64,000 nucleotides of DNA, taken from assembly GCA_963719315.1 (NCBI GenBank), contig CAVRBU010000002.1:608001-672000 (forward strand), given 5' to 3'. The number at the start of each line of letters is the position of its first letter. Positions within the stretch are counted from its first letter, which is position 1. The DNA comes from an uncultured Planctomycetota bacterium. GTDB taxonomy: Bacteria > Planctomycetota > Planctomycetia > Pirellulales > Lacipirellulaceae. Below the pieces are notes generated by a model. It did not search any database. It was given only the letters and a program-made list of their open reading frames with translations, and was not told the DNA's origin. The position numbers and the translations under genes are program-made. Shown here in pieces: positions 19,675 through 31,501 of this stretch.

Positions 19675-22022
19675 TTACTTGATGATCTCGAACAAGCTGC
19701 TGCGGGCGTCCGTCCACTGCACGGGCGGCTTTCGCGGATGGGCGGCATCGGGTTTGAAGTCGAATGGTTTCAACGTGTCGAGGAGCGCTTGGTTGCGCGT
19801 GAGAATCATCCAATCGGCGGCATTGATGAGTTGATCGGAATTGCTGACGCTGTGGATTTCCACGCAGTTGAGCCCGGTTTTGTCGGCGGCGGCGCGGACG
19901 ACGCGCGCCAAATCGAGGTAGCGATTCGAAACGTGCACGATCAGCGCGCCGTCCGCGCCGTCGACATCGGCAGTGGCCAAACGCGGCAAATAAGTGTCGT
20001 ACGCCTCGGCGGTTAGCAAATGGGTCGGCACGGCGTCGCCGCTGAAGGCGTCGAGTACCAGAACGTGATAGCGCGGCAAGTGGGGCGTCTTGACTTCGTT
20101 TTCGAGCGTGAGCCGGGCGTCGCCGAGCTTGATTTCGCAATGGGCGCCCGGGCGCGGCAATCGGTTACGTAGGTAAACCACTTGCCGCTCGCGGTCATAT
20201 CGATCACGGCCGGGTTGATTTCGAAAAACGTGAGGAAGTCGCCTTTCATGGCGTAAGCGGCCAGCGTTCCCGCGCCCAGGCCGACGTTGCCGATCCGTAC
20301 GCCGCCGGGCGGACGATTGGCGTGGAAGAAATCGAGCACGCGGCCGATGCCGCTAGTTTCTCCATAATAAGAAGTCGGCTGCCCGCGCAACTCCGGAGCC
20401 ATGAACTGCGAGCCGTGGATCGTCGTGCCGTTCAGCAGAACGCGGTTCGTGAGTCGCGGCCGGTCGGTATCTTGCTCGCGAATCGTGAGGGTTCCGAAAA
20501 AGTTGCGCTGCTCAAACACCACGCCTTTCTGCGAGCGATGCAGATACTGGACGATATCGAGCAGTACGAAGGAAGTCGGCAGCAGCAACAGGACCAACGC
20601 GACGCGGGCCATCAATCTCGAATCGACGGGGGTTTCGACTTCGTCCCCCGAGGCGACGGCGCGGCCCACGACGGCGTTCAAGATGATCCCGATACAACCG
20701 ATCGCGGCAACGAAAATTGTTAGCTTCCATTCGAATACCGTTTGGAATACATGGGGAGCGACGACCGACACAGCAAGACCGCCCAACGCCCCACCAGCAG
20801 AAAGCATCAGATAGTACGCGGTGAGATAGCGCGTCGGTGGTTTGAGGCGGGCGAGCTCGCCGTGGCAGAGAAAACAGATTCCGAACATCGCCAGAAAATT
20901 CGCGACGAGGGCGGCAACAAACCCGACGTAAATCTGCGGGCCGGCGATCGCACCTTCCGCGTTGGTCGTCGATCGATGGAAGAATTCGGCGACGCTGCGT
21001 GCGGTTGTTCCCGTAATGCCGCAGCCGTATAGCTTGGTCCAACCGATACCATTCTTGCCGATTGCGAAATTGCAAAAAGCGGTCGCATAGATGGCGATGA
21101 GCGTGAAGACAGCGATCAGCGTGGGCCGATACCACGCGGGCCGATCGAATGCGATGATAAACGTCAGCAGATACATTGCCAGCGGTACAATCCAGAGCAG
21201 CGGCACGACGGCGACGTTGGTCGAGACGTGGTTCGTGGTGGCCATCAGCGTGGCTGAACCGAACGCGGGAAGGAGGAGCCAGAGGAAGTAGTGGTGCATT
21301 CGCGGCAGACTCCCACTCCCTATGCGTTCACTTCCTCTCCCCTTGGGAGTGAGTTGGGGTGAGGGAGCACCGGCGCTGCCCTCACCCTGCCCTCTCCCGG
21401 GGGGAAAGGGTTCAAACGTCCGCACGCCCCAGGCAACGTAGCCGCAGAGTAGGCCGAACGCGATGAAGCCCGCGGACCACGTGCGGCCTTGCCAGGGCAA
21501 GTCGAGCAGCGACTCGACCAGGAACGGGTAGCTCACCAGTGCGAGCAGCGAGCCAATGTTCGACAGCGCGTAAAGCCGATACGGAGTGCGTCCTGGAAAG
21601 GCATCGGCAAACCACGCTTGTAGCAGCGGGCCCGTCGCCGAGAGGACGAAGTACGGCAGGCCGATCGTGACGGCGAGAATCGCGAGGATCGCGAGGACCG
21701 GATCGGCGTCGCCGGCCGGTTGCTGGCTGGCCGCGGGCAGTACGCGGAGTAACGCGACGGCAGCAATGATTAAAACGATATGCAACAGCGCCTGCTGCGG
21801 CCGCCGAATAAAGGTGTTGCTGAAATGGGCATAGGCGTAGCCGGCAAACAGCAGCGTTTGAAAAAACAGCAAACACGTGGTCCACACGGCCGGCGTCCCG
21901 CCGAACCACGGCAGAATCGCCTTTGAAATCATCGGCTGAATCTGAAACAGCAGAAACGCGCTGGTGAAGATCGTGGCGGCATAGATCAGCGCCAGCCAGC
22001 GGGTTCGAGATGCGGTCTCCAT
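19675..22022 (-). CDS. Fused multi-TM / spermidine-synthase-like SAM-dependent protein; frameshift near 20148
   Basis: N-terminal FLLFQIQPMISKAILPWFGGTPAVW, PYRLYALSNIGSL, CHGEL; GTTIHGSQ, VGLGAGTLAAY, EINP; continues in 19675-20181 frame as LGDARL...LVLDAFSGDAVPTHLLT...HVSNRYLDL. Confidence 0.9.
21334..21410. repeat. CCCTCTCCC/GGGAGAGGG-type palindromic element inserted in-frame in a CDS
   Basis: cctctccccttgggagtgagttggggtgaggg...ccctcaccctgccctctcccggggggaaaggg; encodes PFPPGRGQGEGSAGAPSPQLTPKGRG. Confidence 0.8.
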
Positions 22023-22107
22023 ACCGCTATCGTGACGGGCGCGGCAGGAAAAAAACAGCCCATTCCCTGTGGCGGAAATGGGCTGGTGACCTGCCCCTCG
22101 TCACAAT

Positions 22108-22497
22108 TCACTCCGACTGCTTGACGGCGTACCAACCGACAAGGCCGAGGATGGCTAGCGAGATGCCGGACCACTTGAGGACTTTGGCCACCGTTTCCGG
22201 GCGATCGTGTGCCGATTCGAAATCGGCCTTGAGCTGATTGCCCTCTTCGTTCAGTTGGTCGAACTCTTGCTTGGCTTTCCCGAGTTCGGGCCCGCTGTGC
22301 ATACTAATTTTCGCCTTTGGGCTGTTGACGATGAAACTAAGATTATGAAGGCGGTCCTTGACGACGGCCCAGCGCTCGGCCTTTTCCAGCGTCCACGATG
22401 ATGTACCAGGAAATAGAGTCGGCCACAGCCCGCTGAGCAGCAGCATGAGGAAGCCGATCCCGATCACGCCGAATACGGCTGCATACTTCATTTCCAA
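22108..22497 (-). CDS. Hypothetical membrane protein (TM-coiled coil-TM)
   Basis: 129 aa; N- and C-terminal TM helices; follows the DUF1559 gene. Confidence 0.75.
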   Translation of the reverse strand: MEMKYAAVFGVIGIGFLMLLLSGLWPTLFPGTSSWTLEKAERWAVVKDRLHNLSFIVNSPKAKISMHSGPELGKAKQEFDQLNEEGNQLKADFESAHDRPETVAKVLKWSGISLAILGLVGWYAVKQSE

Positions 22498-22512
22498 ATC
22501 CTACTTGCGACG

Positions 22513-23622
22513 CTAATTGCTCTTGTAACCTTCGACATTGCCTTGGCCATCGTTGATGCTGATCATCCGCGCCATGACGAACTTGTCGATGTTGTCGTCG
22601 AGAAACTCGACGCTCCCATCGACCTTCGCGGAATTCACGCCGCCGTTGTGGCGGCTACGCGGAGCGCCGCCGGTCCAAGTTCCGTTGTCCGGCGAGCAAG
22701 GCATGATTTCAAGATCGGCGACGTTCGGCTCGGGGCACTCCTTGAGACGATCGCTGTTGCCGGTCGGGCGGCTGTTGGGCGTCATGGCGTCGATACTGGT
22801 GTTTTCGAAGGGGATGTAGGCTTCGGTTCGCTTTTTGCCGCACCCCGTAAGGCCGGTGTCGCTATGCATGTCGTATGCGAGGATCGTTCCGCAACTGAGG
22901 GCAGCGGCCCACACGCCGCGCGGATCGCGCGTGTGGTCCCGCGTTCGGATTTCAGAGAGCATCAGGGTTTTGCTCGTCCCGTCGCTAATCCGCGAAAGCG
23001 GCTGGATTTCGTTAATCATCGCGCCGGGAAACGTCCGCATACAGACGTCGTGCACAGGGCTCACAAACGCGGCGTAGTTGGCCTTTCCGAACGAGACCTT
23101 GCCACCGCCGATCGATGGCGTCGTATAAAACCTGTCGCGCGCCGAATCCGAGGGGCACAGCAACGGCGCCGGCTGTGCCGCTTGCGGGTCGCCGGCCGCA
23201 ATCAAGTTCGGCTCCGCGGCGTCGACCTTCTTGTTCTTCGGGAACCGGTCGTACAGCGCTTGTTCCTCCATCTCTGGCAAAATTCGCACGATCCAGCTTT
23301 GGTCCGTTTCGAATTCGTCGATGCTGGCGAACACTTCACCGCTATTCGGAATCGTTGTGGCAGCAGCAGGCAAGCCTTTGTTGTGATTTTCGTAGTTCAA
23401 AACTGCGAGCGCGATATTCTTCATATTGTTTTGGCAACTCACGCGCCGGGCCGCTTCGCGAGCGGCTTGAACGGCCGGCAACAATAATGCAACCAAAATG
23501 CCGATGATTGCGATTACGACCAGCAGTTCGACGAGTGTGAAACCGCAGCTTCGCCCTCCGGCGGAAGTCGCCTTGCGGCCTCGGATTGTCGTAGTCAGGG
23601 GCCGCGCATGGTTCGCACGCAT
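22513..23622 (-). CDS. DUF1559 prepilin-type N-terminal cleavage/methylation protein
   Basis: [40 protein letters not shown], CPSD, DGTSKT, HNGGVN...DGSV. Confidence 0.96.
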   Translation of the reverse strand: MRANHARPLTTTIRGRKATSAGGRSCGFTLVELLVVIAIIGILVALLLPAVQAAREAARRVSCQNNMKNIALAVLNYENHNKGLPAAATTIPNSGEVFASIDEFETDQSWIVRILPEMEEQALYDRFPKNKKVDAAEPNLIAAGDPQAAQPAPLLCPSDSARDRFYTTPSIGGGKVSFGKANYAAFVSPVHDVCMRTFPGAMINEIQPLSRISDGTSKTLMLSEIRTRDHTRDPRGVWAAALSCGTILAYDMHSDTGLTGCGKKRTEAYIPFENTSIDAMTPNSRPTGNSDRLKECPEPNVADLEIMPCSPDNGTWTGGAPRSRHNGGVNSAKVDGSVEFLDDNIDKFVMARMISINDGQGNVEGYKSN

Positions 23623-23849
23623 ACTTGGAATTCCTCAGAAAGAACGAATTGGCAGCCTGAATTGATACAAGACAAGGTAGCCGATCGGCCGTGTCATGCG
23701 GGCAGTTCGCATCTTCTCGATTGTATTCGATCCCGTCCAGGATAAAAGCACATTTCGCGATTGAAAATCTGCGCAACGCGCACGAAACCTAAATTCGGGA
23801 GTGTTCGCTCGTGCTTTGGCAAAGCGAACGATTCGGGTGAGACACATCA

Positions 23850-24320
23850 GCCGCAGGGTACCCTCTGAGTGGCTAGCCCCCGGTTATCGACGCTCCATCC
23901 GTGGGCTATCGCCCCGCGGCCAATCCAATAATAGTCCTTGGGTATCTGTTTCGCGGATTGCAGAGCCGTTCTCACGGCTCTTTCCACCGGAGGTGGTCTT
24001 AGGCCCGTCATTGACGACTTCGGCTCATTACGCCAACGGCGTTACAGCTTTCAGCCCAAGGTTCGTCGGCTCGGCGACGTACCCTGGGTTCATGGACCCC
24101 CCAAGCGCGGATACCCTGAAAGGGTTGAATCCCGTGCTCCGTTTCAACCCTTGCAGGATATTGCGTCGGCGCATCCCAGGTATCCAGGGTAGCCATCGCT
24201 GCGCTGAGGCAACCCTAAGCTGAAAGATGTTACACCTTCGGTGTATCGATCGGGATCAGCCAATCTTGAAACACAGAGTTATTCTTGAGCCGTTCCTAAG
24301 ACCGCAGCCGCGGGAAAGGG
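23850..24320. repeat. Nest of palindromic/MITE-like repeats
   Basis: Inverted segments tttcagcccaaggtt/aaccctaagctgaaag, agggttgaa/ttcaaccct, ggtcttagg/cctaagacc; no coding signal. Confidence 0.6.
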
Positions 24321-24395
24321 TCGTCGAACGGCCCTCGATTACGTCCATCGTGACAAATTCAATCGGCTAAACTGTAAAGAGCTTTGTCAAAACAC

Positions 24396-24507
24396 TAGAA
24401 GCAGTTTCAAAACCGATTTTCATGGTAGCTGAATTTGCAAATATTCAGCGAATTGCGAAGTTCTCTGAATTCTTGCGAATTCAGCTACGGTTTTGAAACT
24501 GCTTCTA
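24396..24507. mobile_element. MITE with 20-bp perfect terminal inverted repeats enclosing a GTAG REP pair
   Basis: tagaagcagtttcaaaaccg ... cggttttgaaactgcttcta; internal gtagctgaatttgcaaatattcagc / ctgaattcttgcgaattcagctac. Confidence 0.8.
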
Positions 24508-24676
24508 ACCAGATTTCATCGGAATTCGTTTTTTTTTCGCGTGAATGCGCAAAAGTCGCTGCGGAGACTGCATATTCATTGCATTTCGTGTGCGTCGTCA
24601 TTAGATTCACATGCATAGGTCGGGGACAGGCGGTTGCAGGCCAGAGTCTTACCACGAGCAACCTTGGGAGCATCTT

Positions 24677-26344
24677 ATGCTGAGCGTCACTCGCAAGAAT
24701 GCGTTTGTAATTGTTGGAATTGTCGTTTCGGTAGCTGCCGCGAACGCACGGAGCCAGGTCGTCATCAATGAGTTGGTGGACGATGAACGAAGTTCGGGTT
24801 CGGGACAAATTACCGACACGCGCGAGTTCGTGGAATTGTACAATTCCGGGGGCAGCGCAGTGGATATCGGCAACTGGGTGTTGAACGCCATTAACATCGG
24901 CCTGACGCCGGGGTTGGAGGCTTCCTATACCATTCCGGCCGCCACGTCGATTCCGTCGCACGGCTATTACGTGCTGGGCGCAGCGAGCGTCGCGAACGTG
25001 AACACTTCGCCGGCACCGGCCGCAACGGGAGGTACCGAATACTTTCCAAACACGAACTTCATCTTGGAACTCCGAGACACGGGCGCGACATTAGTCGATG
25101 CCCTGGCGACGGAAACGTTTCGCGACCCGGAACGGGCGAACCTGACGGCCGAACAGGTAGCGAAGGTAGCCGGAGGGTATTGGGGACAAACTCTCTCGAT
25201 GAACTCGGGCTTTCTCAACCCCGATCCCCAATCGTTCGCGCGTTACAAGGATGGGGTGACGACCAATAGCAATGGCCGCGATTTCGGCTTTTTGCCGCTG
25301 ACGCCGGGCGCATCGAACGCCTTGGTGCAACATGCATCGCACACCATTCCGGATGTGGATGGGATGGCAACGGAAACGGCGCTGACCGGGGAATACTACG
25401 CTTCGTTCGTCGTGCCGCGGGTGATCGACCCGACGACGGCAGACGGAATTGTGAACCAGGTCGCGATTCCCGCCTCGCCGCAAGGCAATCAGGCCATCAT
25501 GGCCTACGACGAAACGGGCGGCGGCAACGTGGCCTACTCGAAGGAGTATGTGAACTCGTTCGACTTGTATGCCTATATCGAGACGGGCCCGCTTGATTCC
25601 AGCATAGTGAACGCCACAACGACTCAACGAAACGAAGCCTCGACATACGGCATTGGAACTTCCGACCCATTTTTTGCGTCGCCGAACTCGGCTGGTCTGA
25701 CGACGCTCACTAGTTCAGCGAACGGCAATACCGGTTTTGGTTGGGTCATTCAAAGAGTCATCAATTTCAACGACGGCGCCCCGACGACCACAACGGTGCT
25801 GCAATTGGTCGACTTTGGCGCCAGTGGCGACAGCGTGCCGGATAAGCACGAATGGCAGGTCTTGAAGACTTACGACCTGAGTGCCGTCTCATCGAGTTGG
25901 CATCAGTTGAGCGTTGACTACAACCCGACGACGGGCGTCGTTACCGCCAAGAATGATGCGGATACAATCGTGTTCACCGTGGCCGGCGACTACAACAATG
26001 ACGGTACTGTGGACGCTGCCGACTACGCGGTATGGCGCAAAAACGTCGGTCTGGCGAACACGTTGCCGAACAACTCGGAGTCGGGAACGGTGGGGCAATC
26101 GCTGTACGATCTGTGGCGACAGAACTTCGGACGGACCTCAACCAAGGATTTCGTCGGCAACTTCTATGTTGGCTATCGCGAGGCACTCGGTGGCTCTTTG
26201 GGTAGTGCCCGCCCGCCGACCTACGACATGATTGGTGCGCCGCCTGCAGGTCAGCTCGCGGCCGTTCCAGAACCCTGCTCGTTGGCAATGCTGCTGATCG
26301 GTGCGCTAGGGCTTGGGCGGCGCCGCCAGCGGTCTTTGGGCTAA
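24677..26344 (+). CDS. Lamin-tail-domain PEP-CTERM protein with dockerin-like motif
   Basis: Signal peptide; VVINEL...EFVELYN...VDIGNW LTD motif; GDYNNDGTVDAADYAVWR; VPEP-TM-RRRQR. Confidence 0.9.
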   Translation: MLSVTRKNAFVIVGIVVSVAAANARSQVVINELVDDERSSGSGQITDTREFVELYNSGGSAVDIGNWVLNAINIGLTPGLEASYTIPAATSIPSHGYYVLGAASVANVNTSPAPAATGGTEYFPNTNFILELRDTGATLVDALATETFRDPERANLTAEQVAKVAGGYWGQTLSMNSGFLNPDPQSFARYKDGVTTNSNGRDFGFLPLTPGASNALVQHASHTIPDVDGMATETALTGEYYASFVVPRVIDPTTADGIVNQVAIPASPQGNQAIMAYDETGGGNVAYSKEYVNSFDLYAYIETGPLDSSIVNATTTQRNEASTYGIGTSDPFFASPNSAGLTTLTSSANGNTGFGWVIQRVINFNDGAPTTTTVLQLVDFGASGDSVPDKHEWQVLKTYDLSAVSSSWHQLSVDYNPTTGVVTAKNDADTIVFTVAGDYNNDGTVDAADYAVWRKNVGLANTLPNNSESGTVGQSLYDLWRQNFGRTSTKDFVGNFYVGYREALGGSLGSARPPTYDMIGAPPAGQLAAVPEPCSLAMLLIGALGLGRRRQRSLG

Positions 26345-26407
26345 GCCGCCAGCATTAAAGAGAGAAGTTTCGCCGACAGGCGCCGATGGGGCACGGCGCC
26401 TGTCATT

Positions 26408-27400
26408 CTATTTGTGCCCGCTCATCGCCGGGAACATCTCATTGATCATCGTGATGGCGGCCGGGCCGACCAACACGATGAAGATGGCCGGGAAAATGAA
26501 CAGCACCAGCGGGAAGATCAGCTTCACCGCGGTCTTGGCTGCTTTTTCCTCGGCCATTTGCCGGCGGCGGGTCCGCATCGAGTCGCTTTGCACGCGGAGC
26601 GCCTGGGCCACGCTGGAGCCGAACTTGTCGGCTTGTATCAAGATCGCGGCCAATGCTTTGAGGTCATCCACCCCGGTCCGGGCCCCCAAATCGTGCAGCA
26701 CTTCGTTACGCGCGCGCCCCATTTGCAATTGCAAATTGCAAAGGGCGAATTCCTCGGCAATGACGACGTAGGTCTTCTTCATCTCTTCGCTGACTTTGCG
26801 CATCGCCTGGTCGAGACCCAGGCCGGCTTCCACACACACGACCATCAGGTCGAGCGCATCGGGCAGGCCGAAAAAGATGTTGTCTTGTCTTGATTTCGTG
26901 AAAAACCACAGCACGATGTCCGGAATGTAAAACGCGATGCCGGCGGAACCGACCGTGTACATCAGCGTTTCGGTCGTGGCGCCCTTGGTGAAATACAGAG
27001 CCCCACCGCCGGCCAGGAAGCCAACCACCAGGCAAGCGGTCTTCAAACCGAGAAAGACGCTGGGCGCGGCTTCCGTGCGGAAGCCGGCGTAGTTGAGCTT
27101 GGCCCGCAGCTTGCCGACCTCTGCCTCGGACTTTGGTTGCAGCGGCTTCGCCATGCGGGGCGAGGCTTTTTCGAGCAGCCGGGCCATGCCGTCGGCCCGC
27201 TTCGTGACGCCGCGCGAACCATCGCGGCCGTCGCCCCGCCGGCGCGACGGGTCGCGGAAGTCGTCGAGGCGGGCTTCCGCACGCGGGTTCTTACTCGTAA
27301 ACAACTCGAGAAACAGCCATGCGCCGCAGGCCACACCGCCGAAAATGGCGAGCTTGGTCAGAAGCGACATGCTGATGATGGTGGCGAGGATTGGAGTCAT
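26408..27400 (-). CDS. tadC: Tad pilus platform protein TadC (T2SSF)
   Basis: LPDALDLMVVCVEAGLGLDQA, QADKFG, AEEKAAKTAVKLIFPL. Confidence 0.95.
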   Translation of the reverse strand: MTPILATIISMSLLTKLAIFGGVACGAWLFLELFTSKNPRAEARLDDFRDPSRRRGDGRDGSRGVTKRADGMARLLEKASPRMAKPLQPKSEAEVGKLRAKLNYAGFRTEAAPSVFLGLKTACLVVGFLAGGGALYFTKGATTETLMYTVGSAGIAFYIPDIVLWFFTKSRQDNIFFGLPDALDLMVVCVEAGLGLDQAMRKVSEEMKKTYVVIAEEFALCNLQLQMGRARNEVLHDLGARTGVDDLKALAAILIQADKFGSSVAQALRVQSDSMRTRRRQMAEEKAAKTAVKLIFPLVLFIFPAIFIVLVGPAAITMINEMFPAMSGHK

Positions 27401-27480
27401 GGCAGGTTCAATCTAGCGGAATTCGCAAGAATTCCATTTTTCCTTAAGGTCTGTAGTCTGGCGACTTCAGCTACGAATTG

Positions 27481-28449
27481 TTACACGCGGATATTCACGA
27501 TTTTCCTAATCAACAAAGCACCCAGCAATTGCGTCACGATGCCGCCTACGAGCATTTTCTTGCCGAGCGGGTCGGTAAACAGCAGCATCAGGTAGTCGGG
27601 ATTCATCTTGTAAACCACGGCGAACAGCGCCGGCGGCAACGCCAGCAACACGATACCGGAGAGGCGACCTTCGCCCGTAAGGGCTTGCACCTGGCCCCAA
27701 ATCTTGAACCGTTCCCGCACCAGGTAGCCGATCTTGTCGAGGATTTCAGCCAGATCGCCACCGGTTTGCCGCTGCAAGATGATCGCGGTGGCGAAAAACT
27801 TGAGGTCCAGGTTGGGCACGCGTTTTGTGAGATCGTTCAGGGCTTCGTCGAGCGCCTTGCCGAGGTTTTGTTCATCGAATGTGCGTCTGAATTCGCCGCC
27901 GATGGGGTCAGACATTTCCTGCGCCACGAGGTTGAACCCGGCGGCGAGGCTGTGACCGGCACGCAAGGCGCGAGCGATCAACTCCAATGCTTCCGGCAAT
28001 TGGCTGCCGAACTTCTTCAAACGGCGTTTGCGCTTGAATAGCAGCCACATGATCGGCAGAAACGCCAGCGAAGCGGCCATGACCGGCCCAAGCATCACGC
28101 TGAAACCGGCAACCGATGGCAGGAACAATCCTACGCCGCCGAGGGCGGCGCAAATCAATAGAAAATTCGGCACGGACATCGCCACGTTCGCCTGCTCGAA
28201 TAGCAGCCGAAGGTTGAGATAACGCGAGATGAATTTCTCCACCCCGCTCGCGCCTTCATTGCGCATCGAGCTCAGCAACTCTTTATACTGCGCCGCTTCG
28301 GCTTTGCCGCGGCTTTTCGTGCCGCTCGTGAGCGCGCTCAACCGCTCTTCGACTTCGGCTTCCCGGTTTCCGCCCATGAAGAAGGCGACCGCGCCGACGA
28401 AAGCGGCGACGCTGCAGAAGACGGCGCTGTAAATGATAATCGGAGACAT
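27481..28449 (-). CDS. tadB: Tad pilus platform protein TadB (T2SSF)
   Basis: QLPEALELIARALRAGHSL, QRQTGGDLAEIL, LTGEGRLS; start placed at MSPIII. Confidence 0.95.
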   Translation of the reverse strand: MSPIIIYSAVFCSVAAFVGAVAFFMGGNREAEVEERLSALTSGTKSRGKAEAAQYKELLSSMRNEGASGVEKFISRYLNLRLLFEQANVAMSVPNFLLICAALGGVGLFLPSVAGFSVMLGPVMAASLAFLPIMWLLFKRKRRLKKFGSQLPEALELIARALRAGHSLAAGFNLVAQEMSDPIGGEFRRTFDEQNLGKALDEALNDLTKRVPNLDLKFFATAIILQRQTGGDLAEILDKIGYLVRERFKIWGQVQALTGEGRLSGIVLLALPPALFAVVYKMNPDYLMLLFTDPLGKKMLVGGIVTQLLGALLIRKIVNIRV

Positions 28450-28451
28450 TT

Positions 28452-28548
28452 GTTCGTTGTCCGTGGTCGGTTGTCCGTTGTTCGAGATCGGGTTGCGTGT
28501 CCAATGCCAATCGTCCTGCAACGGACAACGGGCAGTGGACGACGGACT
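28452..28548. repeat. Inverted heptamer tandem repeats
   Basis: gttgtcc/gttgttc units followed by caacgga/gacgga units. Confidence 0.7.
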
Positions 28549-29872
28549 AATCCCTCAACATGATTCGTTCGCGGAAGGCGCTTGAGGGCAAACGCACGCC
28601 GCTCGATTCGAGGCGGGACATGAAGGACGGGCGGATGCCGGTGGAGAGAAAGTGGCCGACGGCTCGGCCACGTTCGTCCACGCCTTCCTGCACGTACTTG
28701 AAAATATCCTGCATCACGATCGTGTCTTGTTCCATGCCGACGACTTCGGTGATGTGGGTCACCTTACGCGGACCGCCTTGCATGCGGTTCGATTGCACGA
28801 TCAGGTTTACGGCGTTGGATATCTGCTGACGCATGGCGCGGATCGGCATTTCGAAACCGGCCATCATGATCATGGTTTCGAGCCGGGCGATGGCGTCGCG
28901 CGGCGTGTTCGCGTGGCACGTGGTCAGCGAACCGTCGTGGCCCGTGTTCATGGCCTGGAGCATGTCGAGCGTTTCGGCCCCACGGCACTCGCCGATGATG
29001 ATTCGGTCGGGTCGCATACGCAAACAGTTCCGCACCAGGTCGGTGGCCTTGATCTGCCCCTTGCCTTCGATATTGGCCGGGCGCGTTTCGAGACGCACGA
29101 CGTGATCTTGCTGGAGCTGCAATTCGGCCGCATCTTCGATCGTCACGATGCGGTCGTCGTTCGAGATGAAACTCGACAATGTGTTGAGCAACGTCGTTTT
29201 ACCGGAGCCGGTGCCACCGGAGATGACGATGTTGAGGTGGGCCTTCATCGCGCCTTCGAGCAACATCACCATTTCCGGCGTGAGACTCTTGTAGTTCAGC
29301 AGGTCTTCGAGCTTTAGCGGGTTGGAGCCGAAGCGTCGAATCGTGAGGGTCGGTCCATCGAGGGCCAGCGGTGGAATGATCGCGTTCACGCGCGAGCCGT
29401 CGGGCAGGCGGGCGTCGCACATCGGGCAGACTTCGTCCACCCGCCGGCCGACTTTTGACACGATGCGGTCGATGATCTGCATCAGGTGCTTGTCGTCGCG
29501 GAACTGGACGGGCGTCTTCTCCAGGCAACCGCTGCGTTCGACGTACACGTTCTTCGGACCATTGATCATGATTTCACTGATCGACGGCTCTTTCAACAAC
29601 ATTTCGAGCGGGCCCAGTCCGAAGGTTTCGTCCAACACCTCGTCGATCAGGCGATCCCGCTCACTCCGATTGAGATAGGTGTCTTCCGTATCGCACAAGT
29701 GTTCGACGACGAGCCGAATCTCGCGGCGGAGCACTTCGCCTTCGAGCTCACCGACCCGCGACAAGTCGAGCTTGTCGACGAGCTTGGTGTGAATCCGCCG
29801 CTTGATGTTTTCGAATTCGAGCTCCTTATCCTTCTGGGATAAAGCAGCCGGGGCATTGGCGAGTTTCGTCAT
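28547..29872 (-). CDS. cpaF: Tad pilus assembly ATPase CpaF/TadA
   Basis: [60 protein letters not shown]. Confidence 0.97.
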   Translation of the reverse strand: MTKLANAPAALSQKDKELEFENIKRRIHTKLVDKLDLSRVGELEGEVLRREIRLVVEHLCDTEDTYLNRSERDRLIDEVLDETFGLGPLEMLLKEPSISEIMINGPKNVYVERSGCLEKTPVQFRDDKHLMQIIDRIVSKVGRRVDEVCPMCDARLPDGSRVNAIIPPLALDGPTLTIRRFGSNPLKLEDLLNYKSLTPEMVMLLEGAMKAHLNIVISGGTGSGKTTLLNTLSSFISNDDRIVTIEDAAELQLQQDHVVRLETRPANIEGKGQIKATDLVRNCLRMRPDRIIIGECRGAETLDMLQAMNTGHDGSLTTCHANTPRDAIARLETMIMMAGFEMPIRAMRQQISNAVNLIVQSNRMQGGPRKVTHITEVVGMEQDTIVMQDIFKYVQEGVDERGRAVGHFLSTGIRPSFMSRLESSGVRLPSSAFRERIMLRD

Positions 29873-30152
29873 CGGTCTTAGTCCGTATTAGCGGTCGTCG
29901 TGAAATCAATGCAAAACGGGCGCGGCTCGGCGGTTCCCGCCGGGAATGCTCGCATCAAAAGATAGCTTGCCGAGATGCGCAGGGGCGGCAACTATTGTGC
30001 TCGGGAAATCGAGGCGGTGCTGTTTGACCGGTCGTGCCGGTTATGAGGGCGGTGGGCTGATTGCAAATCGCAAAATGCAAATTGCATCACCGTTTGTGCG
30101 AAGCGGCGTCAGAATGTCGGCCCTTCGATTGGCAATTTGCAATTGCCGCCTG

Positions 30153-31353
30153 TTAGGCCCGGGCCGGCCAGAGATTGAGCCAGCCTTTTTTTGGCGCGGC
30201 TTCACCGGTTGGGTCGTCCGACTTGCCGGAGAGAGCGATAGCGAGTTGACTCATTGACTGCGTGATCGCGGCCTTCGGCGCCTGCTGCAAGAGCGGCACG
30301 CCGTTGTTGCGGACTTCGACCATCACGCGGTAGTCGTTTGGAATCTGCCAGAAAATATCTCGACCGATCGTCTCCTGGGCTTTCCGCAGGCTGATCTGGC
30401 CGGTTTCGTAGCCGACCCGGTTGACGACGATCTTCACCTTTTCGTCGAACTTGCTCTTCTCTTTGAACGACATCAACAGCCGCACCACGTTGCGCAAGCA
30501 CGGCAGATCGAGCTGCGTCACCAAAAGCACCTGGTCGGCCTCGCCGAGCGCGTACATGTCGAGCTCGTTGAAACCCTTTGAGGTGTCGATGATCACGTGC
30601 GTGAACGCGGCCTTGAGTAGACCCAGAACGCGGGCCAACTCATCGGCCGTGATATTGCGGGAGTCTTCCAATTGCACGGGGCGCGGCAACAGGTACAGCC
30701 CGGTGTCGTGCTTCGTAAGCGAGCGCTTGAGCAGCGTGAGATCAAGCCGGCCGATGTTTTGAGCAACGTCGGAAAGCGTGTATTCGGGAATTGTGTCCAA
30801 GAAGACGTCGGCATCGCCGAGACACAGATCGAGGTCTACCAAGACCACTGAATTCTCAGCGTTTGAGGCCAATGAGCAGCTAAGGTTCACGGCCACGCTC
30901 GTAGTCCCAACGCCACCGGTGGAGCCCGTCACCGCGATGATCGAACAATCGCGGCGGCCACCGCCCAAACCGCCGGATCGCTGGCGGGAGACGCGCTGTC
31001 AGCGCGGCCGACAGGTCTTCCGTCTTCAGTGGCAGAGTGAGGAACTCCTTCGCGCCCGAGCGCATCACCCGCAGAATTAGGTTGCCGTCGGTCGAAGTGC
31101 TTGTGACCAGAACCGCACAAGTGGGCGACGATTTGGCCAGCGACTCGACCAGCTCCAGCGCTTTGTCCGGGTTACTGTCCAGCGCGACGAATCCAACGTC
31201 CGGGTTCGTTTGACCGACAACGTCGGCGAAGAACTCGTACCGCGAGCACTCGGCTTCGAGCCACACCGAATCCAGCCCCAGGAGCATCGACTTCAGCGTT
31301 TCGCGCGTCGCGTCCTTGGGATCGACAACGGCAATTCGCAGGACGTTCGACAT
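30153..31353 (-). CDS. cpaE: CpaE/TadZ (receiver-like + MinD-like ATPase); frameshift near 30999
   Basis: Receiver-like N-terminus (AVVD...RVMRSGAKEFLTLP) joined to GSTGGVGTTSVAVNL...DLDL ATPase half; position between cpaC and cpaF. Confidence 0.9.
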
Positions 31354-31501
31354 GGGGGCAAATCAGCGGTCAGGAGCCAGAGGGCAGAGGGAAGAAATCC
31401 GAGGCAAGCGGGGAACGAAGACTCAGCGTCGGCAAATGCCTAATTCTCTCCACCGGCCCCGAACTCCGGCCTCTTTCTACGCAAGAATAGCTTACGGCAT
31501 G

